Positions 10,456 to 19,829 of a DNA stretch of 64,000 nucleotides are shown here, in pieces. The notes below the pieces were generated by a model that saw nothing but the letters and a program-made list of their open reading frames with translations, searched no databases and had not been told where the DNA came from. This DNA comes from Moorena sp. SIOASIH (lineage in GTDB: Bacteria; Cyanobacteriota; Cyanobacteriia; Cyanobacteriales; Coleofasciculaceae), in contig NZ_JAAHIH010000001.1 of NCBI RefSeq assembly GCF_010671925.1, positions 613,053 through 677,052 of the forward strand. Direction: 5' to 3'. The position numbers and the translations under genes were made by a program. How positions within the stretch are numbered: the first letter of the stretch is position 1; every line of letters starts with the position of its first letter.

Positions 10456-11964
10456 ATGACCATAACCAAACCAATGTCATCTCAACGATATGCAGAATTT
10501 GACCAGGTCTTCCAGTTATTTGATGCCAATGGTGATGGATTCATCAGTCGTCAGGAGATCATCGATGCTCTAGAGATTCTGGGACAAGGCATTTCCCTTC
10601 AAGACCGAAGTAATCTGTTAAATCTGCTCAACACAGATGATGTTGTAACACGGGATGCCTTTATGGAGTGGATGGTAAACCGCCAAGATCTCGATATTAG
10701 GGCTGATCTGCGACAGGTGTTTGAACTGATTGATGTTGATGGTAGTGGCAAGTTATCGATTGAGGAGTTCACCCAGATTATCCGGTGCTTCAACACCACC
10801 GTAACTGATTCAGAAATTGCTGCCTTAGTGAGAAAAGCTGATTTAAATGGAGATGGTGAAATTGATTTTGAAGAGTTTATTGTCACTCAGACTTACGAAT
10901 CGGCTCTGAAAATTTCGATCGCAGGGTTACGCAGTTTCAAAAAGATTTTACTTCAGTACCAGAAAGTCGCAAAGTTTTCCTCCATTGCCCTGATTGAAGT
11001 TGATTCTGAATTAGGAGCGGGAACGCGCGGTCAATCCATGGGAACTGCTGCTTTGAGAGAAGCTGCCATCCAAAAACAGGCAGCACGGATGCATGCCGAG
11101 AATGGTGTTTTGAGTCTGGATAGTTTACAAGTACAAACCGAAAATTGGGCAGATGCTCTGGGACACAAACATCAATACGCCAAGTATATTCACAAGCTAT
11201 ATCAGGTGCTGAGCCGAACTACAGATGTAGTCGCCCAAACCCTACAGGAGGGGCTGTTTCCAGTGGTACTCGGTGGGGATCATTCAACGGCAGCAGGGAC
11301 AATCGCCGGAATCAAAAAAGCCTTTCCGAATCATCGCCTGGGAGTGGTTTGGATTGATGCCCATGCCGATATTCACTCCCCCTATACGACTCCATCGGGA
11401 AATATGCATGGGATGCCTCTGGCGATGGCGACTGCTACTGATAATCTGGCCAAGCAAATCAATGATCTTGACTCAGACACCGTAAAACTGTGGAACTTGT
11501 GCCAACGATTGGGGCTGGCAGATGGCGCGAATTTTAGCATTGAGGATTTGGTTTATATTGCGGTACGAGATACGGAAGAGGCAGAAGACCATTTGATTGA
11601 AACACACCAGATCCTAAACATGACCAGTGAGCACGTTCGTACCTTGGGTGCGGATGTCGTTGCCCAACGGTGTTTAGAGAAGCTAGAAGGGGTGGATCTG
11701 ATTTACGTTACCTTCGACGTGGACAGTATGGACTCGACAATTTGTATGGGAACGGGAACCCCGGCTCCAAATGGGATTTTTGTCAAGGAAGCCTGTCTGC
11801 TCAACGAAACTTTGGTTAAAGATCCACGGGTGTGTTGTTGGGAAATCTGTGAAATTAATCCTCTGCTTGATACCCTCAACACCATGGTGGAAAACTCTTT
11901 GGGCATTTTTGAAACCGTAGTGGATGCCATTGCCAATCGCCTAGAAGTCACAGGGAAAGCATAA
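10456..11964 (+). CDS. EF-hand calcium-binding domain fused to an arginase-family ureohydrolase
   Basis: N-terminal EF loops DANGDGFISRQE, DVDGSGKLSIEE and DLNGDGEIDFEE. The C-terminal part aligns with arginase: VVLGGDHSTAAG, VVWIDAHADIHSPYTTPSGNMHGMPLA (compare [26 protein letters not shown]), VYIAVRDTEE, IYVTFDVDSMD..GTGTP, EICEINPLLD. Confidence 0.8.
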   Translation: MTITKPMSSQRYAEFDQVFQLFDANGDGFISRQEIIDALEILGQGISLQDRSNLLNLLNTDDVVTRDAFMEWMVNRQDLDIRADLRQVFELIDVDGSGKLSIEEFTQIIRCFNTTVTDSEIAALVRKADLNGDGEIDFEEFIVTQTYESALKISIAGLRSFKKILLQYQKVAKFSSIALIEVDSELGAGTRGQSMGTAALREAAIQKQAARMHAENGVLSLDSLQVQTENWADALGHKHQYAKYIHKLYQVLSRTTDVVAQTLQEGLFPVVLGGDHSTAAGTIAGIKKAFPNHRLGVVWIDAHADIHSPYTTPSGNMHGMPLAMATATDNLAKQINDLDSDTVKLWNLCQRLGLADGANFSIEDLVYIAVRDTEEAEDHLIETHQILNMTSEHVRTLGADVVAQRCLEKLEGVDLIYVTFDVDSMDSTICMGTGTPAPNGIFVKEACLLNETLVKDPRVCCWEICEINPLLDTLNTMVENSLGIFETVVDAIANRLEVTGKA

Positions 11965-11979
11965 GACAAATGTTCAACT

Positions 11980-13635
11980 ATGATTAAACCTTCTATTCCC
12001 CCGGCTACCCCTGAACCCTCACCGCTCCATGAACTAATTGCCAAGCTAGTACTGTTCAAACCCCATCGGACTAAGCTATTTCCCTGGTTGCTACCTGGTG
12101 CAGGCACATTGCCATCTCTCAATCAACGGTTAGGCCATCAACCCCTGTTGGATTTTTTGAATTACAACTTGCGTGGCATTGGCCAGGTAATCTTTGTGAA
12201 CAACCCCCTGAGTGGGTTATTGATTCTGGTAGCACTGTTTATTCAGTCACCTTGGGTAGGGGTGATGAGTGTAGTGGGTGTGGTGGCTTCAACCGTAACT
12301 GCCATCTTCCTTGATCTTAATCGCGATAGTCTTCGCAACGGTATTTTTGGCTATAACGGGATTTTAGTCGGAGCAGCACTTGCTACTTTTGGGGCATCCG
12401 GGAATGGTAACTGGAATCCCCTCTGGATCATCGCTGCTATCATCTTTTCTGCTCTTACCACTCTGCTGATCAAGACCGTCGGAGTCTGGTTTGCCAGCAA
12501 GCTGAAATTTCCCCCCCTAACCTTGCCCTTTATTGCGGCAACCCTGTTATTTCTGGTGATTGCGGTCTGGATGCCTCAACCAGTTTATACCTTGGGGAGC
12601 ACGCCGACTCCCCCACCTGTCTTGGAACCGATCAATTGGTGGCAACTTGCCACCTCCGTGCCGATTGGGTTTGGACAGGTGTTTTTAATGGATAAGTTTG
12701 TGGCTGGGGTGCTTGTCCTGGCCGCAGTTGCCTGGTGTACACCGATTGGGGCAGCTGTCGGATTATTGGGGGGAGTATTCGGTACCCTGGCGGCGCTGAT
12801 CACAGGTGTCGGTGCTGACACCATCTCGGCTGGATTGTGCAGTTACAACGCCATCTTGACAGCAATGGCTATTTCTGGAGTATTTTTTGCCCCCAACCTG
12901 CGCAGCTTACTTGCGGGCATTTTTTTGGCTTTTTTTTCAACTCTCCTGGGGGGCATTTTAAGCCACATCTTCAGCCTACTTAACTTGCCCATCCTGACCT
13001 TACCCTTCTGTTTGGTCACAATCCTAGGTTTCCGGTATTTGCAGCAGACACTGCCATCATTAGTCCCAGTTCCCCTACATGCGATCGCTAGCCCAGAAGA
13101 ACATTACCAGCGTTACCTGGTTGCCAAAGATATCCTTACCACATTTCGCCGTCAGATGCAAGGGGCAATGGCCGGTACACCCCACCTATATTTATTTGAG
13201 TCTGCCTCCGCCTCAACCAAAGGAAATATCGAATATCTCTTTAATGCCATTGATACCGATTTCAGTAACACCCTTTCGGTTAACGAGCTAGCAGAACACC
13301 TGCGGCAAGTCAAACGAGGTATGTCTCAACAGGAATTGGATTATTTGTTTCGTTGTATGGATATTGATGGCAGTGGTGAAATTGATCTGGCTGAGTTTGG
13401 TGAATTGTTATTGCGTCAGCAACGATTGATGTCTAACTATAACGACTTCATTACTTACTTTATACCAATTGATGCTAATCAGGATGATGCTATCAGTATC
13501 GATGAAATGAATTTAGCTTTTGCCAGTGTAGGTGAATCACCCCTTAGTGTACATGAAGTGAACTTTTTATATGGTCGCATGAATGGAGAAGCTATCACCT
13601 GGAATCGCTTTATTGAAGTTTTATTGGTGACTTGA
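11980..13635 (+). CDS. Urea transporter (UT family) fused to a C-terminal multi-EF-hand domain
   Basis: The UT signature LRGIGQVIFVNNPLSGLLIL is followed by about 8 predicted TM helices. The C-terminal ~190 aa carries EF loops DTDFSNTLSVNE, DIDGSGEIDLAE and DANQDDAISIDE. Confidence 0.75.
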   Translation: MIKPSIPPATPEPSPLHELIAKLVLFKPHRTKLFPWLLPGAGTLPSLNQRLGHQPLLDFLNYNLRGIGQVIFVNNPLSGLLILVALFIQSPWVGVMSVVGVVASTVTAIFLDLNRDSLRNGIFGYNGILVGAALATFGASGNGNWNPLWIIAAIIFSALTTLLIKTVGVWFASKLKFPPLTLPFIAATLLFLVIAVWMPQPVYTLGSTPTPPPVLEPINWWQLATSVPIGFGQVFLMDKFVAGVLVLAAVAWCTPIGAAVGLLGGVFGTLAALITGVGADTISAGLCSYNAILTAMAISGVFFAPNLRSLLAGIFLAFFSTLLGGILSHIFSLLNLPILTLPFCLVTILGFRYLQQTLPSLVPVPLHAIASPEEHYQRYLVAKDILTTFRRQMQGAMAGTPHLYLFESASASTKGNIEYLFNAIDTDFSNTLSVNELAEHLRQVKRGMSQQELDYLFRCMDIDGSGEIDLAEFGELLLRQQRLMSNYNDFITYFIPIDANQDDAISIDEMNLAFASVGESPLSVHEVNFLYGRMNGEAITWNRFIEVLLVT

Positions 13636-13654
13636 GCGAGAGGGGTTGGTGAAT

Positions 13655-13860
<206 letters not shown>

Positions 13861-14226
13861 CTAATCACTATCGACCAAAACAGTAACCGCTGCAACAGCA
13901 ATCAGCATGTCATCATTTTTATCATTAAGTTCTGGAATTGCTCTGCCTTGAACTACCATTCCACCGGACTCAAGGGATAGAGTTTTCTGACCAAAAGGCA
14001 GTACAGCGAGTACTTCATCTTCCCGGACTTGCTCTGGGTAAGGCACGGCGACTTGAACTTCAACTATCATTTGATTGGGATGCTCTAAACCAGCTACTTC
14101 CCAAACACCAGGCAAGGCATTGTGAGCAATAGCGTTGCGTACAGCTCTTGCTGCTGCTACGGTTGGGTCTTGACCGTGTTGGTCTACTCCCATTCCCATT
14201 TCAATAATTAAGCGTTTACGAACCAT
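13861..14226 (-). CDS. Conserved hypothetical protein, Lin0512-like family (MGMGVDQHGQDPT motif)
   Basis: The 142-aa ORF probably starts at the internal MVRKRLIIEMGMGVDQHGQD, giving 121 aa. Family assignment is from memory of TIGR02058-like proteins and is not verified. Confidence 0.45.
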   Translation of the reverse strand: MVRKRLIIEMGMGVDQHGQDPTVAAARAVRNAIAHNALPGVWEVAGLEHPNQMIVEVQVAVPYPEQVREDEVLAVLPFGQKTLSLESGGMVVQGRAIPELNDKNDDMLIAVAAVTVLVDSD

Positions 14227-14899
14227 GGTGAGTATATTCAATGCGCAACCGTTGAATTGGGTCATCCTCTGATTCTGGGACAGTATCACGACGGATTTCG
14301 ACTAAGCCCAATTCCTCAAAGTAAGCTAGTTCTGTATCAGACAACGGCCAAGGGGGACCATCCGGTTCAGTGTCAGTATCGCGAAATCGAGTTATCACTA
14401 ACAGGGTTCCTCCTGGGGCGACTAAGGATGCGATCGCATTCATCACAGTTGACCGAACCTTCAGGGGTAAGGCTTGGATGTTACGACATTCAAAGACAAA
14501 ATCAAATTTCTGATGCCATGCTGGATCTAAGGCAAATAAATCCGCCACTTGGTACTTGACTTGGGAATCGGGAAATCGTTTTTGGCACCATGCGATCGCA
14601 GTCGAGGAAATATCAAAGGCAGTGACTTGGAAACCCTGCTGCGCCAACGCTTCAGCATCATCCCCTAACCCACAACCAACCACTAGGGCAGAGCGACCCG
14701 ACCCTTGGGGTGTATTACGCGCTAACCAATTCTGTAGATCGGGATGGGGTGTTAAACGCGCCCAAGGTATTTGCCCCGAATCCCCATTAGCGTCAGCATA
14801 TAAAACCTCAAACCATTGAGATGGATTATCTTGGCGCATCGATTCCAATGCCAAAAGTTTGACCTTCTGCTGTAGTCCTTGTGGTTGTTGCTCGAACAT
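14216..14899 (-). CDS. Class I SAM-dependent methyltransferase (TPMT-like)
   Basis: The SAM-binding motif ALVVGCGLGDDAEALAQQGFQVTAFDIS is followed by FDFVFECRNIQAL and VAPGGTLLVI. Confidence 0.7.
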   Translation of the reverse strand: MFEQQPQGLQQKVKLLALESMRQDNPSQWFEVLYADANGDSGQIPWARLTPHPDLQNWLARNTPQGSGRSALVVGCGLGDDAEALAQQGFQVTAFDISSTAIAWCQKRFPDSQVKYQVADLFALDPAWHQKFDFVFECRNIQALPLKVRSTVMNAIASLVAPGGTLLVITRFRDTDTEPDGPPWPLSDTELAYFEELGLVEIRRDTVPESEDDPIQRLRIEYTHHGS

Positions 14900-15094
14900 A
14901 GATTTGGGGTTGGTAATGGTTCCTAATTTTATAGCACTACCGATTAAGCTGTTTTAGTTAACTTTTGCCTCTAGCATGCATGCCAATGCCATTGCGCGTA
15001 GCGCTATAACTGTTCCAATCTAAATCCCTGTCTGGTGAGGGAGATCAGGTTAGCAGTACCACATTACAAACTAAGCCATTTGGCTGATTTTTGC

Positions 15095-15117
15095 AATGAG
15101 GGGTGACACCCCTCATT
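15095..15117. promoter_or_regulatory. Perfect 23-bp palindrome AATGAGGGGTG-A-CACCCCTCATT (operator or terminator hairpin)
   Basis: 11-bp perfect arms. It lies 150 nt downstream of the dhaM stop on the minus strand and about 200 nt upstream of the methyltransferase start. Confidence 0.4.
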
Positions 15118-15263
15118 TGCTCAGGTATATTTGAAATATAAGATGCACCCTGATGATCGAGAGAGTCAGTAACACGGCTCTCTTTTTTTTTGCCTTTTGC
15201 CTTTTGCCTCTAGCATGCATGCCTTTTGCCTTGTTTATAGCGCTATATCAACCCTGCCAAGAC

Positions 15264-18110
15264 TCAAACCGACCTGTCGAGTTGGTTGATAATATACTCT
15301 TTAACCCCAAAAGCCGAATCTAGCTGCAACGCCTCACCAGCAAGCATCTCGGCCTGGTTGATACTCAACTGTGTAATAACTGAAATCACAGTAGCGATCG
15401 CAGGTGGATTCACACTCAACTCATCCACCCCCAATCCTAATAAAATCGGTATCCCTACTGGATTCGATGCCAACTGACCACAGACACTAACTGGAATCCC
15501 TGCTTGATGAGCAACAGTTACCGTTTGCTGAATCATCCGTAGCACAGCTGGTTCAAGGGCATCAGCCAGCTTCGCCACCTTGGGATTAGTACGGTCAGCG
15601 GCCATCACATATTGACTCAAATCATTGGTACCAATGCTGAAAAAGTCCACTTCAGCGGCTAACTGATCAGCCATGGTTACTGCTGCCGGGACTTCTACCA
15701 TAATCCCCACTGGCATCTGTTCATTAAAACGATGCCCTTCTTGGCGCAACTCGGCTTTAGCCTCTGCTAGGATTTCCTTAGCAGCCCGTACCTCTTGTAC
15801 TGAAGAAACCATAGGAAACATCACTTTAATGTTGTGTCCATAACTCCCTCGTAGAATCGCCCGCAGTTGGATTTTGAGCATCTCTGGACAATCCAAACTC
15901 TGACGAATTCCCCGCCATCCTAGGAAAGGGTTAGGCTCTGGGGTGTGCGGAGCAGAGGAAGCATCAGAAGACGCTAGATTCAGGAAGGGAATGGGCTTGT
16001 CACCGCCAATATCCAAAGTACGAATCGTTAGGGGATGGGTACCCATAATTTGCGCAATGGCTTGATAGGTTGCCAACTGCTCTTCCTCGCTCGGAATAGT
16101 TAAGCGTTCCAGATAAAGAAACTCAGTCCTAAGTAAACCGACCCCTTGAGCACCACAATCGAGAGCCAATTTAGCATCAGCCTCTCCCAAAACATTTGCC
16201 ATCAAGGGAATTTTGTGTCCATCATGAGTAATTACCTCCCTAGGTAATTCATCCTTACTGTTGCTCTGTAGCTGTAATTCTTGCTTTTGTTCCTCAGAAG
16301 GCTCTACCCAAATTTCACCGGTTGTCCCATCCAGTGCCAACTCCGTACCAGCTGGCAACGACAACAGATCCTGACCAACACCAACCACCATCGGTATACC
16401 GAGCATATTGGCGATTAGGGCACTATGGGCTGTAGCACTGCCCCTAGCGCAACAGATACCTAGGACTTGGATCGGATTTAGTTGTGCGACCTCAGAGGGA
16501 GTTAAATCAGCAGCAACCAGAATACCAGGCTCAGTCACATCTATTTGACTTACTAAGTTTAGTTGGTTTTGCCCCCCTGCCCCCCAATTTTTCGGTGCGA
16601 CCCGTGGCGAATTTAATTCGCCAACGGAAAGCGCACCGGGAGGGGTAATCATGTCAAAGTCCCCCGCCCCCCTAACCCCCCAATTCTGGGGGGAATTAGC
16701 GGATGCTTTGCTTTTTGACATTGGGGGATTTAGGGGGCTCTTGCGTAAGTCCTGATCTAGACAGCTTTCTTTCCTATTCGTGAGTAATCGCAACACTCGC
16801 CAGCCGACATCGATCACATCATTTCCGCGAGCTTGCATGTAGGAGTCTTCCAGAGTTTGGTAATTTGCTACGGTTTCATCGATCACAGTTTTCCAAGCCG
16901 CCCCTGCCCATAGATGCTGGTCAACTATAATCTGATAAGCTCTATTAACTAGGGCTGGATCCTCTAAATAGAGCAAGTGAGCCTGAAAAATATCTGCCTG
17001 ATCGTTAGTAACAGTATTGATCAGGTGTTCAAGTTGCTGTTGTGCTGTTTTAATAGCAAGTTGTAGGGTTTCCCACTCCCCTTGAGGATTATCTGTTTGC
17101 TCTTCAATAATTTCTGGACGTTTGGGTTGGTAGACAATAACCGCTCCGATAGCAATACCAGCAGCAGCGGGAATTCCAACTAACCTATCAAGTGTGACAG
17201 ATGACGAGTGAAGGGATTGGTTACTGGGAGGGTTAGAGTCTTGGTTGATGTCTTCTTTTGGTTTATCTAGTTTTTCCCCAAAATTGTTATGGACTAGCTG
17301 CTGCAACGCGATCAAGGCTAATTCCGCATCTTCTCCTACTGCATAGATGACTATTTTATCTCCCTGTTGGATACCTAAAAGCATCACATTATTAATGCTT
17401 TTTCCATTAACTATATTGCTAGTTTTGGTTAGGTTTTGTAGGGTTATTTCACAGTTAAACCGATTAGCTGTAGTAACAAATTGGGCAGCAGGACGAGCAT
17501 GAATTCCCTGTTGATTCTGGACAGTAAGATGGATTTCTTTGGTTGTAGTTCCGTAGGGTGCGTTAGGGACGGGCTCACCCTGATTTTCCCCTTCGTAGCC
17601 AGGGTTGGAACAGCCAGTCCCACCCACGGGCAAGATGCCCGTTCCACCCACGGGCAAGATGCCCGTTCCACCCACGGGCAAGATGCCCGTTCCACCCACC
17701 GGGTCTGATAACTGAGAGGCTTTAGCGGTTAAGGCTGATCTAGCTTCAGCAATCACTTGGTCGATATCACCACCAGCCGCAGCTTGGACAACCGCTGCGA
17801 TCGCACCTTCCACTAATGGCGCTTCGCACAATCTTACCTTGGGTTTCTGCTCTTCATCCAGAAACTCCAGTGCCATTTCCGCACTGAGCACGGCACTGCC
17901 TAAATCCATTAATACCACTACCCCAGCATCGGAGTAAACCGACTCAATGGCAGCTTGGACTTGCAGCACATCGGTACCAAAGGGATTTTCCGGGTCATCG
18001 ATACCAGCTGCGATCGCAATCGGTACGGATGTCTGAACCATCTGTTGGGCTAATTCCTTGACCCCAGCCGCTAGCTTAGCACTGTGGGAGATAATCACAA
18101 TTCCAATCAT
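15264..18110 (-). CDS. dhaM: Multidomain phosphotransferase DhaM/PtsP-like: EIIA(Man)-like domain, then a hairpin-repeat linker, then HPr, then Enzyme I
   Basis: MIGIVIISHSAKLAAG is the EIIA-Man/DhaM N-domain. GIHARPAAQFV is the HPr His site. GSATAHSALIANMLGIPMVVG, GGLLRTEFLY, IRTLDIGGDK and FSIGTNDLSQY are Enzyme I/PEP-utilising motifs. The ORF track starts at 18197 inside a (GGCAAGA)n array; the conserved start MIGIV is at 18110. Confidence 0.85.
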   Translation of the reverse strand: MIGIVIISHSAKLAAGVKELAQQMVQTSVPIAIAAGIDDPENPFGTDVLQVQAAIESVYSDAGVVVLMDLGSAVLSAEMALEFLDEEQKPKVRLCEAPLVEGAIAAVVQAAAGGDIDQVIAEARSALTAKASQLSDPVGGTGILPVGGTGILPVGGTGILPVGGTGCSNPGYEGENQGEPVPNAPYGTTTKEIHLTVQNQQGIHARPAAQFVTTANRFNCEITLQNLTKTSNIVNGKSINNVMLLGIQQGDKIVIYAVGEDAELALIALQQLVHNNFGEKLDKPKEDINQDSNPPSNQSLHSSSVTLDRLVGIPAAAGIAIGAVIVYQPKRPEIIEEQTDNPQGEWETLQLAIKTAQQQLEHLINTVTNDQADIFQAHLLYLEDPALVNRAYQIIVDQHLWAGAAWKTVIDETVANYQTLEDSYMQARGNDVIDVGWRVLRLLTNRKESCLDQDLRKSPLNPPMSKSKASANSPQNWGVRGAGDFDMITPPGALSVGELNSPRVAPKNWGAGGQNQLNLVSQIDVTEPGILVAADLTPSEVAQLNPIQVLGICCARGSATAHSALIANMLGIPMVVGVGQDLLSLPAGTELALDGTTGEIWVEPSEEQKQELQLQSNSKDELPREVITHDGHKIPLMANVLGEADAKLALDCGAQGVGLLRTEFLYLERLTIPSEEEQLATYQAIAQIMGTHPLTIRTLDIGGDKPIPFLNLASSDASSAPHTPEPNPFLGWRGIRQSLDCPEMLKIQLRAILRGSYGHNIKVMFPMVSSVQEVRAAKEILAEAKAELRQEGHRFNEQMPVGIMVEVPAAVTMADQLAAEVDFFSIGTNDLSQYVMAADRTNPKVAKLADALEPAVLRMIQQTVTVAHQAGIPVSVCGQLASNPVGIPILLGLGVDELSVNPPAIATVISVITQLSINQAEMLAGEALQLDSAFGVKEYIINQLDRSV
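17618..17701. repeat. 24-nt tandem repeat (CCCACGGGCAAGATGCCCGTTCCA, about 3.5 copies) inside dhaM, encoding (GGTGILPV)n
   Basis: Direct reading. The unit contains the hairpin AACGGGCAAGATGCCCGTT, which also occurs at 35770-35830, 19390-19420 and within the 61-bp satellite at 22895-23290. Confidence 0.85.
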
Positions 18111-18149
18111 AAGGTATATAAACACCTTTGTATCTGGGTTGTGAACATA

Positions 18150-18205
18150 CTCCCAAAGGCAAGAGGCAAGAGGCAAGAGGCAAGAGGCAAGAGGCAAGAG
18201 GCAAA
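18150..18205. repeat. Heptamer repeat (GGCAAGA)6 in the dhaM 5' leader
   Basis: Direct reading; duplicated at 19555-19585. Confidence 0.85.
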
Positions 18206-18446
18206 AGGGAAGGCATTGCTGATTAATAGAATGATGGAAAGTAACTGAGGAGTACGCAAATAATCCTAATGGCTGGTGTTATTATGCCCGGTGTTTGTTT
18301 GACAGGGGTGAAAATCAGGGAGCGGCTGAAGCTATTCAGAAAGCTGATCATCTATGCTCGAATAATTGGCTAGTTTATGGGGCCTTATATAAGATTTTGA
18401 ACAAGTCACCCCTTATCCCTTTCTTAGTAGGAGAGGGCGAAATAAC

Positions 18447-18821
18447 TTGAGGAGGGATATTTTTGTTATTATAAACCTATCTACAGCGTTTTGTATAACT
18501 CAAATGACACCATCATCTTCCCATCACACTGTAAAGCGAGGACGGGTTTTTCCGGAGAAACGACTGTCTCCTGAAGAAAAAGCCAGAATTAAAGCAGAAG
18601 ACGCAGTATTTTATAAGCGTTGTCGAGAGGTCTTTGAGCGAGTACAACCAGAATTGATTCAAGAGCATTATGATTGGTTTATTATTATTGAACCTGATAG
18701 TGGGGAGTATTTTATCGATGAAGATAAAAATGTAGCACTTTCAAAATCCCGTTATAAACATCCAGGTAAAAAGTGTATTATTATGCGAATTAATGAAACG
18801 GGAACTTGTGGCAGAATATGA
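18447..18821 (+). CDS. Hypothetical small protein, translationally coupled to the downstream retropepsin-like protease
   Basis: 124-aa ORF whose stop overlaps the next ORF's start by 16 nt. No recognised domain. Confidence 0.35.
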   Translation: MRRDIFVIINLSTAFCITQMTPSSSHHTVKRGRVFPEKRLSPEEKARIKAEDAVFYKRCREVFERVQPELIQEHYDWFIIIEPDSGEYFIDEDKNVALSKSRYKHPGKKCIIMRINETGTCGRI

Positions 18822-19183
18822 TCCAAGGTGAATTTAATAGGTTCGGGGAGTTATTTTTTGAAATTGGCTTGATGTCTGCTGATGGGGAGGTTTTTCCCGT
18901 TATGGCACTGTTAGATACAGGGTTTACAGGTTGGTTAGCTATTGATAATCAAGATGCTGAGAGTTTAGGGTGGGTGCGTAATAATGAGCCACAGGATATG
19001 CAAACAGCCCAGGGCGAAGCACGGTTTAATTTATATGAGGGAAAGGTGGTTATTGAGGAAGAGGAGTTTACGGTTGAAGTGTTAGGAGGAGATGAACTGG
19101 TCAATACTCTTTTAGGTGTTTTGTGGTTACGAACAAAGCGTTTAGTTGTAGATTTTCCTATGGGAGTGTTAACCCTAGGATAA
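18806..19183 (+). CDS. Clan AA (retropepsin-like) aspartic protease, DTGF-type
   Basis: LLDTGFTGWLAID contains the D-T-G-F active-site motif characteristic of the AF_0612/TIGR03698-like family. About 125 aa, consistent with a single-lobe retropepsin that dimerises. Confidence 0.55.
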   Translation: MWQNMIQGEFNRFGELFFEIGLMSADGEVFPVMALLDTGFTGWLAIDNQDAESLGWVRNNEPQDMQTAQGEARFNLYEGKVVIEEEEFTVEVLGGDELVNTLLGVLWLRTKRLVVDFPMGVLTLG

Positions 19184-19454
19184 GCGAACGCATTACTGAT
19201 AGTTAAAGAGGTGCGTTACACTTGGTTAACGCACCTGACAAGATAAGCGATCGCACTTGGTTAACGCATCCGACAAGATAGGCGATCGCACTTGGTTGTC
19301 AAGCGATCGCCTATTCCAAACTTGGCGTTGCTTAATAATGGAATGATTTTAAGAGTTTTGTGGAATAGGCATCTTGGTGGAACTGGCATCTTGCCAGTTT
19401 CATGCTTATTTTCGGGCGGGCAGGATACCCACCCTACTCCTATTCATTCAAAGA

Positions 19455-19600
19455 TTCAGCAACGCCGCTAGCTTAGCACTGTGGGAGATAATCACAATTC
19501 CAATCATCAGGTATATAAGGGCGTTGGTATCATCGGTTGTGAACATACTCCCAAAGACAAGAGGCAAGAGGCAAGAGGCAAAAGGGAAGAACGAAAACAG
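19455..19600. pseudogene. Duplicated fragment of the dhaM promoter/5' end (first ~12 codons + leader + (GGCAAGA)n)
   Basis: 19463-19600 matches 18061-18200 almost base for base (CCGCTAGCTTAGCACTGTGGGAGATAATCACAATTCCAATCAT..). No downstream gene body. Confidence 0.6.
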
Positions 19601-19829
19601 ATCCCGAGTTTTATTGGACAATAAAAAAAGACCATACAGGTTTACATCTCATTTATAAATGCTATAGAAAAAAACACCGACAAGACCTACATTTGTAGAA
19701 TCTCGCGGGGCTTTGATTTTTTATACTATGATGTCTCAGCCGAAGCCTTAGAGATTGCTCTGAAGACTATTGAGCGCTTTGATAAACCGATTTCCCGGTT
19801 TATCAAAGCTTATCGGGCTGATTAGTTTA

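Noticed and set aside
17444-17708. Antisense ORFs (83 aa and 75 aa) with MERASCPWVERASCPW / ARSTHGQDARSTHGQD peptides
   Set aside because: They are translations of the 24-nt tandem repeat inside dhaM in other frames.
19374-19658. 94-aa ORF
   Set aside because: It spans the duplicated dhaM promoter/leader fragment and (GGCAAGA)n repeats, so it is an artefact of the duplication.
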